Shown piece after piece: positions 27,764-35,671 of a stretch of DNA of 35,671 nucleotides. The stretch covers positions 1 to 35,671 of the forward strand of contig CAMDGL010000001.1 of the NCBI GenBank assembly GCA_945897845.1. The letters run 5' to 3'. This stretch comes from Chitinophaga pinensis. GTDB lineage: Bacteria; Bacteroidota; Bacteroidia; Bacteroidales; Prolixibacteraceae. Numbering within the stretch: the stretch's first letter is position 1; every line of letters begins with the position of its first letter. The notes beneath the pieces are model-generated. The model did no database searches and was not told the origin of the DNA. It saw nothing but the letters and a program-made list of their open reading frames with translations. A program made the position numbers and the translations under genes.

Positions 27764-30322
27764 TTAATCTGTTTTTTTTGCATTTGCATTTTTTGCATCC
27801 AACGCCTTTTGTGCTGCAACCTTTGCCTTCCACTTTGCAATAGCTTCGGGACTTGCTTTTGGTTTTACTGCATTTTTCGTCTTTGATTTCTTTGCATCCG
27901 CAGCCTTTTGAGCAGCAACCTTCGCCTTCCACTTATCAATGGCCTCTTGAGTTGGTTTTGGCTTTTCTGTCTTTTTAACAGTTGCATTTTTCCCCTCCGC
28001 GGCTTTTTGTGCAGCAACTTTCGCCTTCCACTTATCAATGGCTTCCTGGTTGGGTTTTGGTTTTTCCGTTTGACTTTGCGTTGACTTTTCTTCTTTAACC
28101 CTAACTGCGTCAGTTGTATTTTCAGCCTGACCCAAAGCCATTGGCGCTGACTGAATGGAATCATTGGCTGTAATGCTGTCTCGTTTCATGATTTCAAGCG
28201 CATCGAAACCCAGTTCAAGTGAAATAATTTCACCTTTGGCTATTGGCATTCCGGGTTGTAACGACTGTCGGAATACACGTCCAAAACCATTTATTTTGGT
28301 GGCAAGGCCGTTTTTTTCCAAAAGATAAACTGCATCTCCGGCTCCCATCCCAACAACATCAGGAACTGTACCCGGAGCATCAGCCACTCCCTGCACAAAA
28401 ACAGTCATGGTATCGTTGGCTACTGCAACATATTCAGCAGTCATATTTTGCGACTGGTTTTTTAATCCCAGTTCCTGGGTAAAAAGCAGGACATCATCTT
28501 TCAAACCAGGTTTCACAACCGGCACTTCGTTGTAAGGCGGTATTGAATCGGCAACAGGTTCGAGGTACGAGGCATAAACTTTGTCGGCAATTCCCCTGAA
28601 AACAGGACCTGCCACCGAGCCTCCGTAGAATTTCCCTTTCGGACCAACAATCACAACGATGCAGGTAAATTCAGGCTTATCAGCCGGAAAATAACCGACA
28701 AAAGATGCCTGATACTTTTTCACCCCGCCTGATTTATATCCTCTGTTTTCGTCGGCAATAACTGCGGTTCCGGTTTTTCCGGCAATCGTATAATAAGGAT
28801 TTTTCAGCGATTTGCCTGTTCCATTGGTGCAAACACCTTTCAATAAATCCTGTGCTTTTGTTAAAGTAGTCTTCGAACAAATAGATGGATTGACAACCTC
28901 TGTTTTAAACTTCCGGACAGGAATTCCATTCTCCCTGATTTCTTCAATAAATTTTGGTTTTACCATTACTCCATTATTTGCCACTGCATTGTAAAAAGTC
29001 AGGGTTTGAATGGGCGTTATTTTAAATTCATAACCATGTGCAATCCATGCCAGCGAAGGTCCCCACCAATCAGCATCCGTCGGATATTTGATTCTTGGTT
29101 CAGCTTCTCCCAAAAATCCGAGCCCGAGTGGCTTATTTAGCCCGAAACTGTATATGCGGTCGATAAAATCTTTTTCGCGGCCCTCATAAAATTTGGTGAT
29201 AATTTTTGCCACTCCAATATTTGATGAAAGTTCGAAGATGCGTTTCATCGAAATCATTCCGTGGCCACCATGATCGTAGTCGCTGTCGAGCATTGTTTGC
29301 CGCTTATATTCCCATTTGCCATTTGCAGTATCGAACATATCCATGGTATCCACATACCCTTCTTCCATGGCTACCATCAGCGACATCAGTTTAAAGGTCG
29401 ATCCGGGTTCGCTGCAACCGGCATGGCCAAATGCAAAATTGTAGGTTTCGCCATAAGTTCCATCTTTTTTACGTCCCATGTTGGCTATGGCTTTTATGTT
29501 TCCGGTTTTCACCTCCATCACAATGGCAGTGCCCCATTCAGCCTGGCTGATTTCCATTTGCTTGCCCAAAGAAGATTGTGCGTAATCCTGAAGGTTCACA
29601 TTGATGGTGGTAATCACATCTTTCCCTTCTTTTGGCTCAATGAGCGGAGTATTGATCCAGCTTCCGGAGTAATTTCTTTTCAGCGCCATCCCATTCTGGC
29701 CTGCCAGATAATTTTCCGACAATCCTTCAACGCCGGTATATCCAACGTAACCATGCATGCCGCCAAAAACGCCTTTGTTCAAAACGCCAATGGTACGGCT
29801 GGCCAGATCGCCATGAGGCAAAATGCGTTTGTTCTCGGTAACAACCACCAGACCAGAGCCAAAATGGCTACGTGACATGGATTTAAGTTGTCTGAAATCC
29901 TGAAATTTATTGTGGTCGATTTGTTGGGGATTAATTAAAAACCACCGGTTTTTCTTGTCAAAAGCTACTTTCAGGCGATTCCTGAAATCGGTGGGCGAGA
30001 AACCAAAAAATGCAGACAATTCAACAACCATCTGTTCCGACTCTTTGGCAAATACTTGCTGGATACGAGGTGCCTGCATATCCATCCTGATTTCGTAATA
30101 AGGAACCGATGTCGATAAAATGCTGCCATCGTCGGCACAAATATTACCACGTTTGGCCCAAATATCGGTAGTATTGTTTCTCAGGTCTTTTGCAATCTGC
30201 TGCCATTTTTCGGTATCCACATTCTGAATAATAAGAATCCGGCTTATTATAACAAGTCCGAATAGGGCAATCAAAAAATAGATGATGCCGAATCGTAAGG
30301 TTATGGCTTTCCTGATTTCCAT
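27764..30322 (-). CDS. ftsI: Class B penicillin-binding protein FtsI with PASTA domain and repetitive basic tail
   Basis: TM, KRGNI, active-site STFK, SSN, KTG; PASTA VPDVVGM; between ftsL and murE. Confidence 0.95.
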   Translation of the reverse strand: MEIRKAITLRFGIIYFLIALFGLVIISRILIIQNVDTEKWQQIAKDLRNNTTDIWAKRGNICADDGSILSTSVPYYEIRMDMQAPRIQQVFAKESEQMVVELSAFFGFSPTDFRNRLKVAFDKKNRWFLINPQQIDHNKFQDFRQLKSMSRSHFGSGLVVVTENKRILPHGDLASRTIGVLNKGVFGGMHGYVGYTGVEGLSENYLAGQNGMALKRNYSGSWINTPLIEPKEGKDVITTINVNLQDYAQSSLGKQMEISQAEWGTAIVMEVKTGNIKAIANMGRKKDGTYGETYNFAFGHAGCSEPGSTFKLMSLMVAMEEGYVDTMDMFDTANGKWEYKRQTMLDSDYDHGGHGMISMKRIFELSSNIGVAKIITKFYEGREKDFIDRIYSFGLNKPLGLGFLGEAEPRIKYPTDADWWGPSLAWIAHGYEFKITPIQTLTFYNAVANNGVMVKPKFIEEIRENGIPVRKFKTEVVNPSICSKTTLTKAQDLLKGVCTNGTGKSLKNPYYTIAGKTGTAVIADENRGYKSGGVKKYQASFVGYFPADKPEFTCIVVIVGPKGKFYGGSVAGPVFRGIADKVYASYLEPVADSIPPYNEVPVVKPGLKDDVLLFTQELGLKNQSQNMTAEYVAVANDTMTVFVQGVADAPGTVPDVVGMGAGDAVYLLEKNGLATKINGFGRVFRQSLQPGMPIAKGEIISLELGFDALEIMKRDSITANDSIQSAPMALGQAENTTDAVRVKEEKSTQSQTEKPKPNQEAIDKWKAKVAAQKAAEGKNATVKKTEKPKPTQEAIDKWKAKVAAQKAADAKKSKTKNAVKPKASPEAIAKWKAKVAAQKALDAKNANAKKTD
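27767..28063 (-). repeat. Three tandem 99-nt (33-aa) coding repeats
   Basis: KPKPNQEAIDKWKAKVAAQKAAE..., KPKPTQEAIDKWKAKVAAQKAAD..., KPKASPEAIAKWKAKVAAQKALD... Confidence 0.92.
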
Positions 30323-30687
30323 TATTTAGAAGCTATTTTTTTTACTTTGATTTTTTTTGCAGGCTCAAGAGGTTCAACGAGGTCAATCTTCCGTTCAATC
30401 ACTTTTTTGGTGACTTCCGACGGGCGGTTGATGTACATCAGTTGCGTTTCGTGAATCACCGATTCGGCTTTGTACTCCTTTAAAGAATCTCTCACCATAT
30501 CAATTTTCCGGATGGTTTTTTCAGTCCAGTACCGGTTGGTAATTAATCCAATACCCAGAAAAGCGATAAAAATTACGAATGGCAACTGTTTGGTTACTTT
30601 TTCGCTGGCCAAAATGGTACCCCCAAGTACACTTTTCAGGTCTGCCTTCGAAATCCGTTTGCTTTTATTTTCTTTCTTTTCTGTCAT
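30322..30687 (-). CDS. ftsL: FtsL-like cell division protein
   Basis: Single TM then coiled coil, RPSEV; between rsmH and ftsI. Confidence 0.85.
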   Translation of the reverse strand: MTEKKENKSKRISKADLKSVLGGTILASEKVTKQLPFVIFIAFLGIGLITNRYWTEKTIRKIDMVRDSLKEYKAESVIHETQLMYINRPSEVTKKVIERKIDLVEPLEPAKKIKVKKIASK

Positions 30688-31589
30688 GCTTTCTTTTCTG
30701 CAATTCTCAATTTTGCACTGCGGGCTCTTGGGTTCATTTCAAGTTCTTCCTCCCCCGGAACAATTACTTTCCGGTTGATGGCTATCAATGGCGAATCTAC
30801 ATTTCCGAAGAAATCTTGTTCCTGCTTTCCCGACGAATCGCCCGATCTCATAAAATTTTTCACCATCCGGTCTTCAAGTGAATGATAGGTGATTACCACC
30901 AACCTGCCACCCGGTTTCAGCAATTCGATGCTTTGTTCCAGAAATTCGAGTAAAACATCCATTTCCTTGTTCGTTTCAATACGCAAAGCCTGAAACACTT
31001 TTGCCAGGTATTTACTTTCCTGAAGGCGGGAAACACAGGGTGCGATTGCTTCCCTGAATTGCCCGATGGTTTTTACAGTTTTTTTGTTACGTGCTTCAAC
31101 CAGTTGACGTGACAACCGCCCGGCATTGTCGATCTCGCCATATTCACGAAATATCTTTCTGAGCTGGTCTTCGGTATAAGTATTCACAATGTCGGCAGCC
31201 GTCTGATCCGAATCACGGTTCATCCGCATATCGAGGTCGCCATCAAAACGAAAGGAAAACCCTCGTTCGGCAACGTCAAAATCGTGCGACGAAACGCCCA
31301 GGTCGGCCAAAATACCATCGACTTTGTCAACCTGGTAATACTTTAAAAAATTTCGGATGTATTTAAAATTGTGCCTGATAAAAAAAAAGCGATCGTCGTG
31401 AATGACATTCGCTGCGGCATCCTGGTCCTGATCGAAGGCAAAAAGGCGGCCCGATTTTAAACGGCTGAAAATTTCGCGTGAATGACCACCGCCACCAAAA
31501 GTTACGTCAACATAATCGCCATTCTCTTTAATTTCCAATCCGTTGACACTCTCGTTCAACAAAACCGGTATGTGATATGCTCTTTCCAC
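30684..31589 (-). CDS. rsmH: 16S rRNA C1402 N4-methyltransferase
   Basis: HIPVLL, DVTFGGGGHS, DLGVSS, RGFSF, LDMRM, FQALRI, YHSLEDR, NPRARSAKLR; GTG start. Confidence 0.97.
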   Translation of the reverse strand: MERAYHIPVLLNESVNGLEIKENGDYVDVTFGGGGHSREIFSRLKSGRLFAFDQDQDAAANVIHDDRFFFIRHNFKYIRNFLKYYQVDKVDGILADLGVSSHDFDVAERGFSFRFDGDLDMRMNRDSDQTAADIVNTYTEDQLRKIFREYGEIDNAGRLSRQLVEARNKKTVKTIGQFREAIAPCVSRLQESKYLAKVFQALRIETNKEMDVLLEFLEQSIELLKPGGRLVVITYHSLEDRMVKNFMRSGDSSGKQEQDFFGNVDSPLIAINRKVIVPGEEELEMNPRARSAKLRIAEKKA

Positions 31590-31591
31590 TT

Positions 31592-32047
31592 TTATACCTC
31601 TTCATTTCCAAACAATCGTGCATAATTACTTTCATAGTCATCAAACGACTCAACGTATCGTTTGTATTCCGCAGCATCCCAAAGCCTGATACGATCACCC
31701 TGACCAGTAAATACAACCTCTTTGGTTATTCCTACCTTTTCCAGAAAATTGTTCGGAATGTTCATCCGGCATGTTTCGGGAACCGGAACGATTTTAAATT
31801 TCCGGTAAAATGAATCGAGCACCCTGCTGTGTTCTTTGTTGTCACGGTTAAGTTTCGACTTGATAAAGGCAATCCTGGTTTCCCATTCGGCCATTGGATA
31901 AATATTCAGGCACTTTTCATACGGATCCATCTCGACGGCCATCTGGCCACCGGGAATAATTCCGCCCATTTCATTCTTGAAATCAGCTGGCAAAACGACC
32001 CTTCCTTTTTCGTCGAAGGTTGATTCTTTTTCTGCTGAGAAATTCAT
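31592..32047 (-). CDS. mraZ: dcw cluster transcriptional regulator MraZ
   Basis: DEKGRVVLP; two AbrB-like halves; first gene of the dcw cluster. Confidence 0.9.
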   Translation of the reverse strand: MNFSAEKESTFDEKGRVVLPADFKNEMGGIIPGGQMAVEMDPYEKCLNIYPMAEWETRIAFIKSKLNRDNKEHSRVLDSFYRKFKIVPVPETCRMNIPNNFLEKVGITKEVVFTGQGDRIRLWDAAEYKRYVESFDDYESNYARLFGNEEV

Positions 32048-32099
32048 TTTTTAGAGTACCTTTAATCCAAGTGTAAAAGTATGAAAAAATCATATAGCT

Positions 32100-32140
32100 T
32101 CAGTCACTTTTCTCCACTTTCAGTCCATTTCAGTCACACT
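32100..32140 (-). promoter_or_regulatory. Probable MraZ operator, four direct repeats with 10-bp period
   Basis: Minus strand agtgtgactg aaatggactg aaagtggaga aaagtgactg upstream of mraZ; MraZ is known to bind GTG(G) boxes at 10-bp spacing. Confidence 0.65.
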
Positions 32141-32329
32141 AACATACCGCGACAACTGTTAGCAAACTGTTAGCAAGCTGTGAACAATTAGTCAACAACA
32201 CATACAAAATACTGAATTACTGCATTTTGATATTTATTCACAATCAATAATCATCGTTAATAAATCACTTCAAAATGTTTAAAAAAACCCATTTATTTTA
32301 TATTTTCGCATTCCTAAAAATTGTTTCCA

Positions 32330-33178
32330 ATGGATCATGACAATCAAGAGCCGGTTAAACTGATAAATATTAAGGAAGTATTCCTGAAAAAGAATCCAAA
32401 GCTTGCCAAAAAGCTTCCCGGATTTGTTTACCGGTATATCAACCGCATCATGCACATTGATGAAATAAACGAAATCCTGATTAATCACGGCAACGAAAGT
32501 GGAATTGAATTCGCCAACAGCATGGTGAAACATTTTAACGTACAACAAACCCTGATCGGACTTGAAAACATACCGGCTTCCGGTCGTTTTATTTTCGCAT
32601 CCAACCATCCGCTGGGCGGTTTCGACTCTTTGCTGATTATGAGTAACCTCGACCGGATATTGGGAAATGTGGTTACTTTGGTGAACGACATTTTGATGAA
32701 TATTCCACAATTGCATCCCATTTTTGTTCCGGTAAACAAACATGGCGGACACAGTAAAGATGTGATCAGGAAAATACATGAAACGTATTTGTCCGACAAA
32801 CAAATGCTCATTTTCCCATCGGGGTTTGCTTCGCGCAGAATCAAAGGAAAAATTCAGGATTACGAATGGAAAAAGCATTTTATTGCCAAATCAATTGAAT
32901 ATCAGCGGGATGTAATTCCGGTACATGTAACCGGACGAAATTCAGATTTCTTTTACCGGCTAGCCAGTTTCCGCACTTTTTTCAGGATGAAATGGAACCT
33001 CGAAATGTTTTATCTGGCCGACGAGACTTTCAGGCATAAAAACCAAAAATTCACTATAACGTTCGGAAAACCAATATCGTATAAACATTTCGACAAAAGC
33101 AAAACATTGGATCAATGGGCCGCTGAGGTCAGGAACATTGTGTATAAATTACCAATTGAGGTTGGGACTCAAGATTAA
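32330..33178 (+). CDS. PlsC-like acyltransferase, probable glycine-lipid O-acyltransferase (GlsA-like)
   Basis: SNHPLGGFD (HX4D) and IFPSG motifs; paired with a GNAT gene and divergent from mraZ. Confidence 0.8.
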   Translation: MDHDNQEPVKLINIKEVFLKKNPKLAKKLPGFVYRYINRIMHIDEINEILINHGNESGIEFANSMVKHFNVQQTLIGLENIPASGRFIFASNHPLGGFDSLLIMSNLDRILGNVVTLVNDILMNIPQLHPIFVPVNKHGGHSKDVIRKIHETYLSDKQMLIFPSGFASRRIKGKIQDYEWKKHFIAKSIEYQRDVIPVHVTGRNSDFFYRLASFRTFFRMKWNLEMFYLADETFRHKNQKFTITFGKPISYKHFDKSKTLDQWAAEVRNIVYKLPIEVGTQD

Positions 33179-33247
33179 TTTGTTGACAAAACCAATTCTG
33201 ACAGTTTTTTTTTAGTTTTGTACCTCAATAAAAATATCAGATATCGT

Positions 33248-34207
33248 ATGAAGGATATAATTGCACCTGTGCCGAAGGAAGCCCTGCTGGCTGAATTGAC
33301 ACCGGACAAGTTGATGAGGAAAACGAACAAAGGCGATAACGAAATTTATATCATCACCAATCAGGATTCACCAAACGTGATGCTTGAAATTGGAAGAGTA
33401 CGAGAGTTAACATTCCGGGATGCAGGTGGCGGCATGGGTGATGAAGTTGATATTGACGACTATGATACATGCGAAGATCCTTACAAACAACTGATTGTGT
33501 GGGATCCGCAGGCACTTGAAATTATAGGCGGATACCGTTACATATTGTGTAAAGACGTTCCGATTGATGAAAATGGCATTGTTCACTTAGCCACTACCCA
33601 TCTTTTCAATTTTTCGGAAAAGTTTATCAAAGAATATCTTCCTTATACCCTCGAATTGGGCCGGTCGTTTGTTCAGCCACATTATCAGTCGAGCAAAGCG
33701 GGAGCAAAAGCGCTGTTTGCACTCGACAACTTATGGGACGGACTGGGCGCCCTGATTGTTGACCATCCGGAAATAAAATATTTCTTCGGAAAAGTAACCA
33801 TGTACACTCATTTTCACACGCAGGCCCGCAATCTGATCATGTATTTCTTCCAGAAATATTTTAACGACCATGAGAATCTTGTAACTCCTATTCACCCTAT
33901 GAATTTGGGAATAAATACGGAAGAAATGGAAAAAACATTTAACGGCGGATCTTACAAGGAAGATTACAAGATACTTTCGCAAAAAGTGCGCGAATTTGGC
34001 GAGAACATTCCACCTTTGATCAATTCGTACATGAACCTCAGCCCGTCGATGAAAACTTTCGGAACCGTAATCAACGATCATTTTGGAAATGTGGAAGAAA
34101 CCGGAATTATCCTGACCATTTCAGATATTTACGAAGCGAAGAAAGACCGCCACATAGAAACATATCTGCGCAACAAAGAAACATTCGACTGGCCTTTGCC
34201 GGAATAA
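33248..34207 (+). CDS. GNAT N-acyltransferase, OlsB/GlsB-like amino-lipid synthase
   Basis: EIGRVRELTFR, QLIVWD, IIGGYR, LELGRSFV, LWDGL, IPPLINSY; ATG 33248. Confidence 0.82.
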   Translation: MKDIIAPVPKEALLAELTPDKLMRKTNKGDNEIYIITNQDSPNVMLEIGRVRELTFRDAGGGMGDEVDIDDYDTCEDPYKQLIVWDPQALEIIGGYRYILCKDVPIDENGIVHLATTHLFNFSEKFIKEYLPYTLELGRSFVQPHYQSSKAGAKALFALDNLWDGLGALIVDHPEIKYFFGKVTMYTHFHTQARNLIMYFFQKYFNDHENLVTPIHPMNLGINTEEMEKTFNGGSYKEDYKILSQKVREFGENIPPLINSYMNLSPSMKTFGTVINDHFGNVEETGIILTISDIYEAKKDRHIETYLRNKETFDWPLPE

Positions 34208-34215
34208 CCGCTCCT

Positions 34216-34908
34216 ATGCCCTACTATCAAGAACACGAAAAATTCCATGTTGCTGTCGATTCCATAATTTTCGGATACGATGAAGAGGGCCGCGAACTGA
34301 AACTGCTGCTGCTGAAGAGAAATTTTGAACCGGCAAAAGGAGAATGGTCGCTGATGGGCGGGTTCCTGAAAAACAACGAAGCCATTGATACTGCCGCCAA
34401 ACGTATTTTACATCAGCTCACAGGACTTTCCGACGTTTACATGGAACAACTTTATACGTTTGGAGAACTTGACCGCGATCCGGGGGCACGCATCATTTCT
34501 GTGGCTTATTTCGCACTCATCAAAATCAATGCATCCGACCTCGAACTGGTAAAAACACACGGAGCAACCTGGGTCCCGATTTCATCGATGCCCCTGCTCA
34601 TTTTTGACCATTCAGCAATGGTGAACCGAGCCTTAAAAAAACTCCAGGTCAGGGCGAGAACGCAACCCATTGGATTCGAATTGCTACCCGACAAATTTAC
34701 TATCCCGCAGCTGCAGGGCTTGTACGAAGCAATCTACAACAAAACCCTTGACAAGAGGAACTTCAGACGCAAACTTCTATCGATGAATTTGCTGGAAAAA
34801 CTGGAAGAAAAGGAAAAAGAATCGTCGCGCAAAGGCGCATGGTACTACCGTTTCGAACCGAAGAATTACGAAGATTTACTAAACAGGGGATTCAATTTTG
34901 AATTGTAA
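34216..34908 (+). CDS. NrtR-family regulator (Nudix + winged HTH)
   Basis: VAVDSIIF, WSLMGGF, EQLYTFG..DRDP, FDH, FTIPQLQ.LYE, DKRNFRRK. Confidence 0.9.
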   Translation: MPYYQEHEKFHVAVDSIIFGYDEEGRELKLLLLKRNFEPAKGEWSLMGGFLKNNEAIDTAAKRILHQLTGLSDVYMEQLYTFGELDRDPGARIISVAYFALIKINASDLELVKTHGATWVPISSMPLLIFDHSAMVNRALKKLQVRARTQPIGFELLPDKFTIPQLQGLYEAIYNKTLDKRNFRRKLLSMNLLEKLEEKEKESSRKGAWYYRFEPKNYEDLLNRGFNFEL

Positions 34909-34914
34909 GAAGAA

Positions 34915-34942
34915 AGTCTGAAGACCGGAGACTGAAGTCTGA
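34915..34942. repeat. Four degenerate heptamer repeats just after the NrtR-family gene
   Basis: agtctga agaccgg agactga agtctga. Confidence 0.6.
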
Positions 34943-35022
34943 GAATACCATTGACAAACGTTCATTTCAATTGAGAATCTAGCAGTTTTCAAAAGAAGTT
35001 GAATAAACAATACTGAAGATAC

Positions 35023-35061
35023 CCGCTCAAAGATTTGTTTTGCTATTTTTGAGCGGTTTTT
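35023..35061 (+). terminator. Hairpin/possible terminator overlapping a candidate tRNA promoter box
   Basis: ccgctcaaa / tttgagcgg plus T-tract; TATTTTTG at 35044-35051. Confidence 0.5.
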
Positions 35062-35138
35062 AATAGTTCAAATACAACATTGCCTCAGCTTGGGAAGCTG
35101 AGGGTTCAAAGCAAAAAAATAAAAATCATCAATCAAAA

Positions 35139-35210
35139 GCGGGAGTAGCTCAGTGGTAGAGCATCAGCTTCCCAAGCTGAGGGTCGTGGGTTCGATCCCC
35201 ATTTCCCGCT
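35139..35210 (+). tRNA. tRNA-Gly (anticodon CCC), CCA not encoded
   Basis: Acceptor stem gcgggag/ttcccgc, D arm gctc/gagc, anticodon arm tcagc-ttcccaa-gctga, T loop ttcgatc, discriminator T. Confidence 0.96.
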
Positions 35211-35214
35211 CTTG

Positions 35215-35253
35215 AAAATCAGCAACTTAGTTTTTTATTGTTGCTGATTTTTT
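35215..35253 (+). terminator. Hairpin/terminator after tRNA-Gly
   Basis: aaaatcagcaac / gttgctgatttt plus T-tract. Confidence 0.7.
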
Positions 35254-35469
35254 ATTTTTATAACCACAACTATAATACCAATCTAAAAAATGTGGTTATA
35301 GCTCATTTTAGTTTTTTTTTTCAAATATGTGAGAAAAGGCAAAAAATACTTAATCAAAAACCAAAAAGAAAACCCACCAAAGCAGCGGGTTTTCAGTTGG
35401 CTTCAGTATTAAAATACTGCAAGAGCTGAAGCCAGTACACCTAAAAATATTTATTAAGAACAAAAGTCT

Positions 35470-35670
35470 TTATTCGGGCTGAAATTCATCTTCCGTTTTG
35501 GTTTCAGTATTTTCCGACCTAAGAGATTCATCCTGATGCATATCTTCTGTGATTTTGACCACTTCGTTAGATTCGTAGTTTTTTGATTGAAGTTCTTCTT
35601 CCTGGATCTCTTCAAGCTGCTCCTGAATAATAGGTTCTTCAAAACTCAAAATATCTCCAATACTGCCAGA
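35470..35670 (-). CDS. 3' end of an unidentified protein with acidic tail, truncated by the window edge
   Basis: Open frame from the edge: SGSIGDILSFEEPIIQEQLEEIQEEELQ...EDEFQPE-stop; not listed in the ORF track. Confidence 0.6.
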   Translation of the reverse strand, partial: SGSIGDILSFEEPIIQEQLEEIQEEELQSKNYESNEVVKITEDMHQDESLRSENTETKTEDEFQPE

Positions 35671-35671
35671 T

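Noticed and set aside
27767-28063. CRISPR-like array
   Set aside because: Repeats are in-frame 99-nt coding units without unique spacers; no cas genes
26290-30322. Genuine FtsI-MurE fusion gene
   Set aside because: In-frame TAA is present, murE has its own ATG, and the domains work on opposite sides of the membrane
14279-32047. Absence of murF, murB, ddl and lpxC from the dcw cluster
   Set aside because: Normal for Bacteroidota, where these genes lie elsewhere
4939-33247. Extended starts in the track (4939, 7352, 10834, 22258, 26422, 27840, 32321, 33218)
   Set aside because: They overlap upstream genes or terminators, or use weak start codons; downstream ATGs fit family N-termini better
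638-35642. Many short overlapping ORFs in the track (e.g. 12762-13208, 26881-27492, 29261-29875, 32279-32878, 35238-35429, 35454-35642)
   Set aside because: Antisense or off-frame shadows of well-supported genes, or spanning hairpins; no recognisable motifs

Overview
Bacteroidota chromosome segment (TAnnTTTG promoters, Bacteroidales/Marinilabiliales-like gene order), mostly core genes. Plus strand: nadB-nadC-coaX-outer membrane barrel-TPR-lptC-CBS/hemolysin-ppiD, a PaaI thioesterase and guaB. Next is a 1280-bp insertion sequence (25-bp inverted repeats, frameshifted Zn-ribbon DDE transposase, highly structured non-coding 3' end). The minus strand carries the dcw cluster (mraZ rsmH ftsL ftsI murE mraY murD ftsW murG murC ftsQ ftsA ftsZ ftsZ yqeY). 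A divergent acyltransferase pair (glsA/glsB-like), an NrtR-family regulator, tRNA-Gly(CCC) and a possible island boundary follow. Most notable: (1) two tandem divergent ftsZ genes, the first lacking the normal C-terminal peptide and ending in an FtsA-like amphipathic tail; (2) a candidate structured RNA inside the IS; (3) an exact inverted copy of the tRNA-Gly anticodon arm just upstream of the tRNA; (4) a 3x33-aa basic repeat tail on FtsI. All calls come from reading motifs and synteny by eye; no searches were run.
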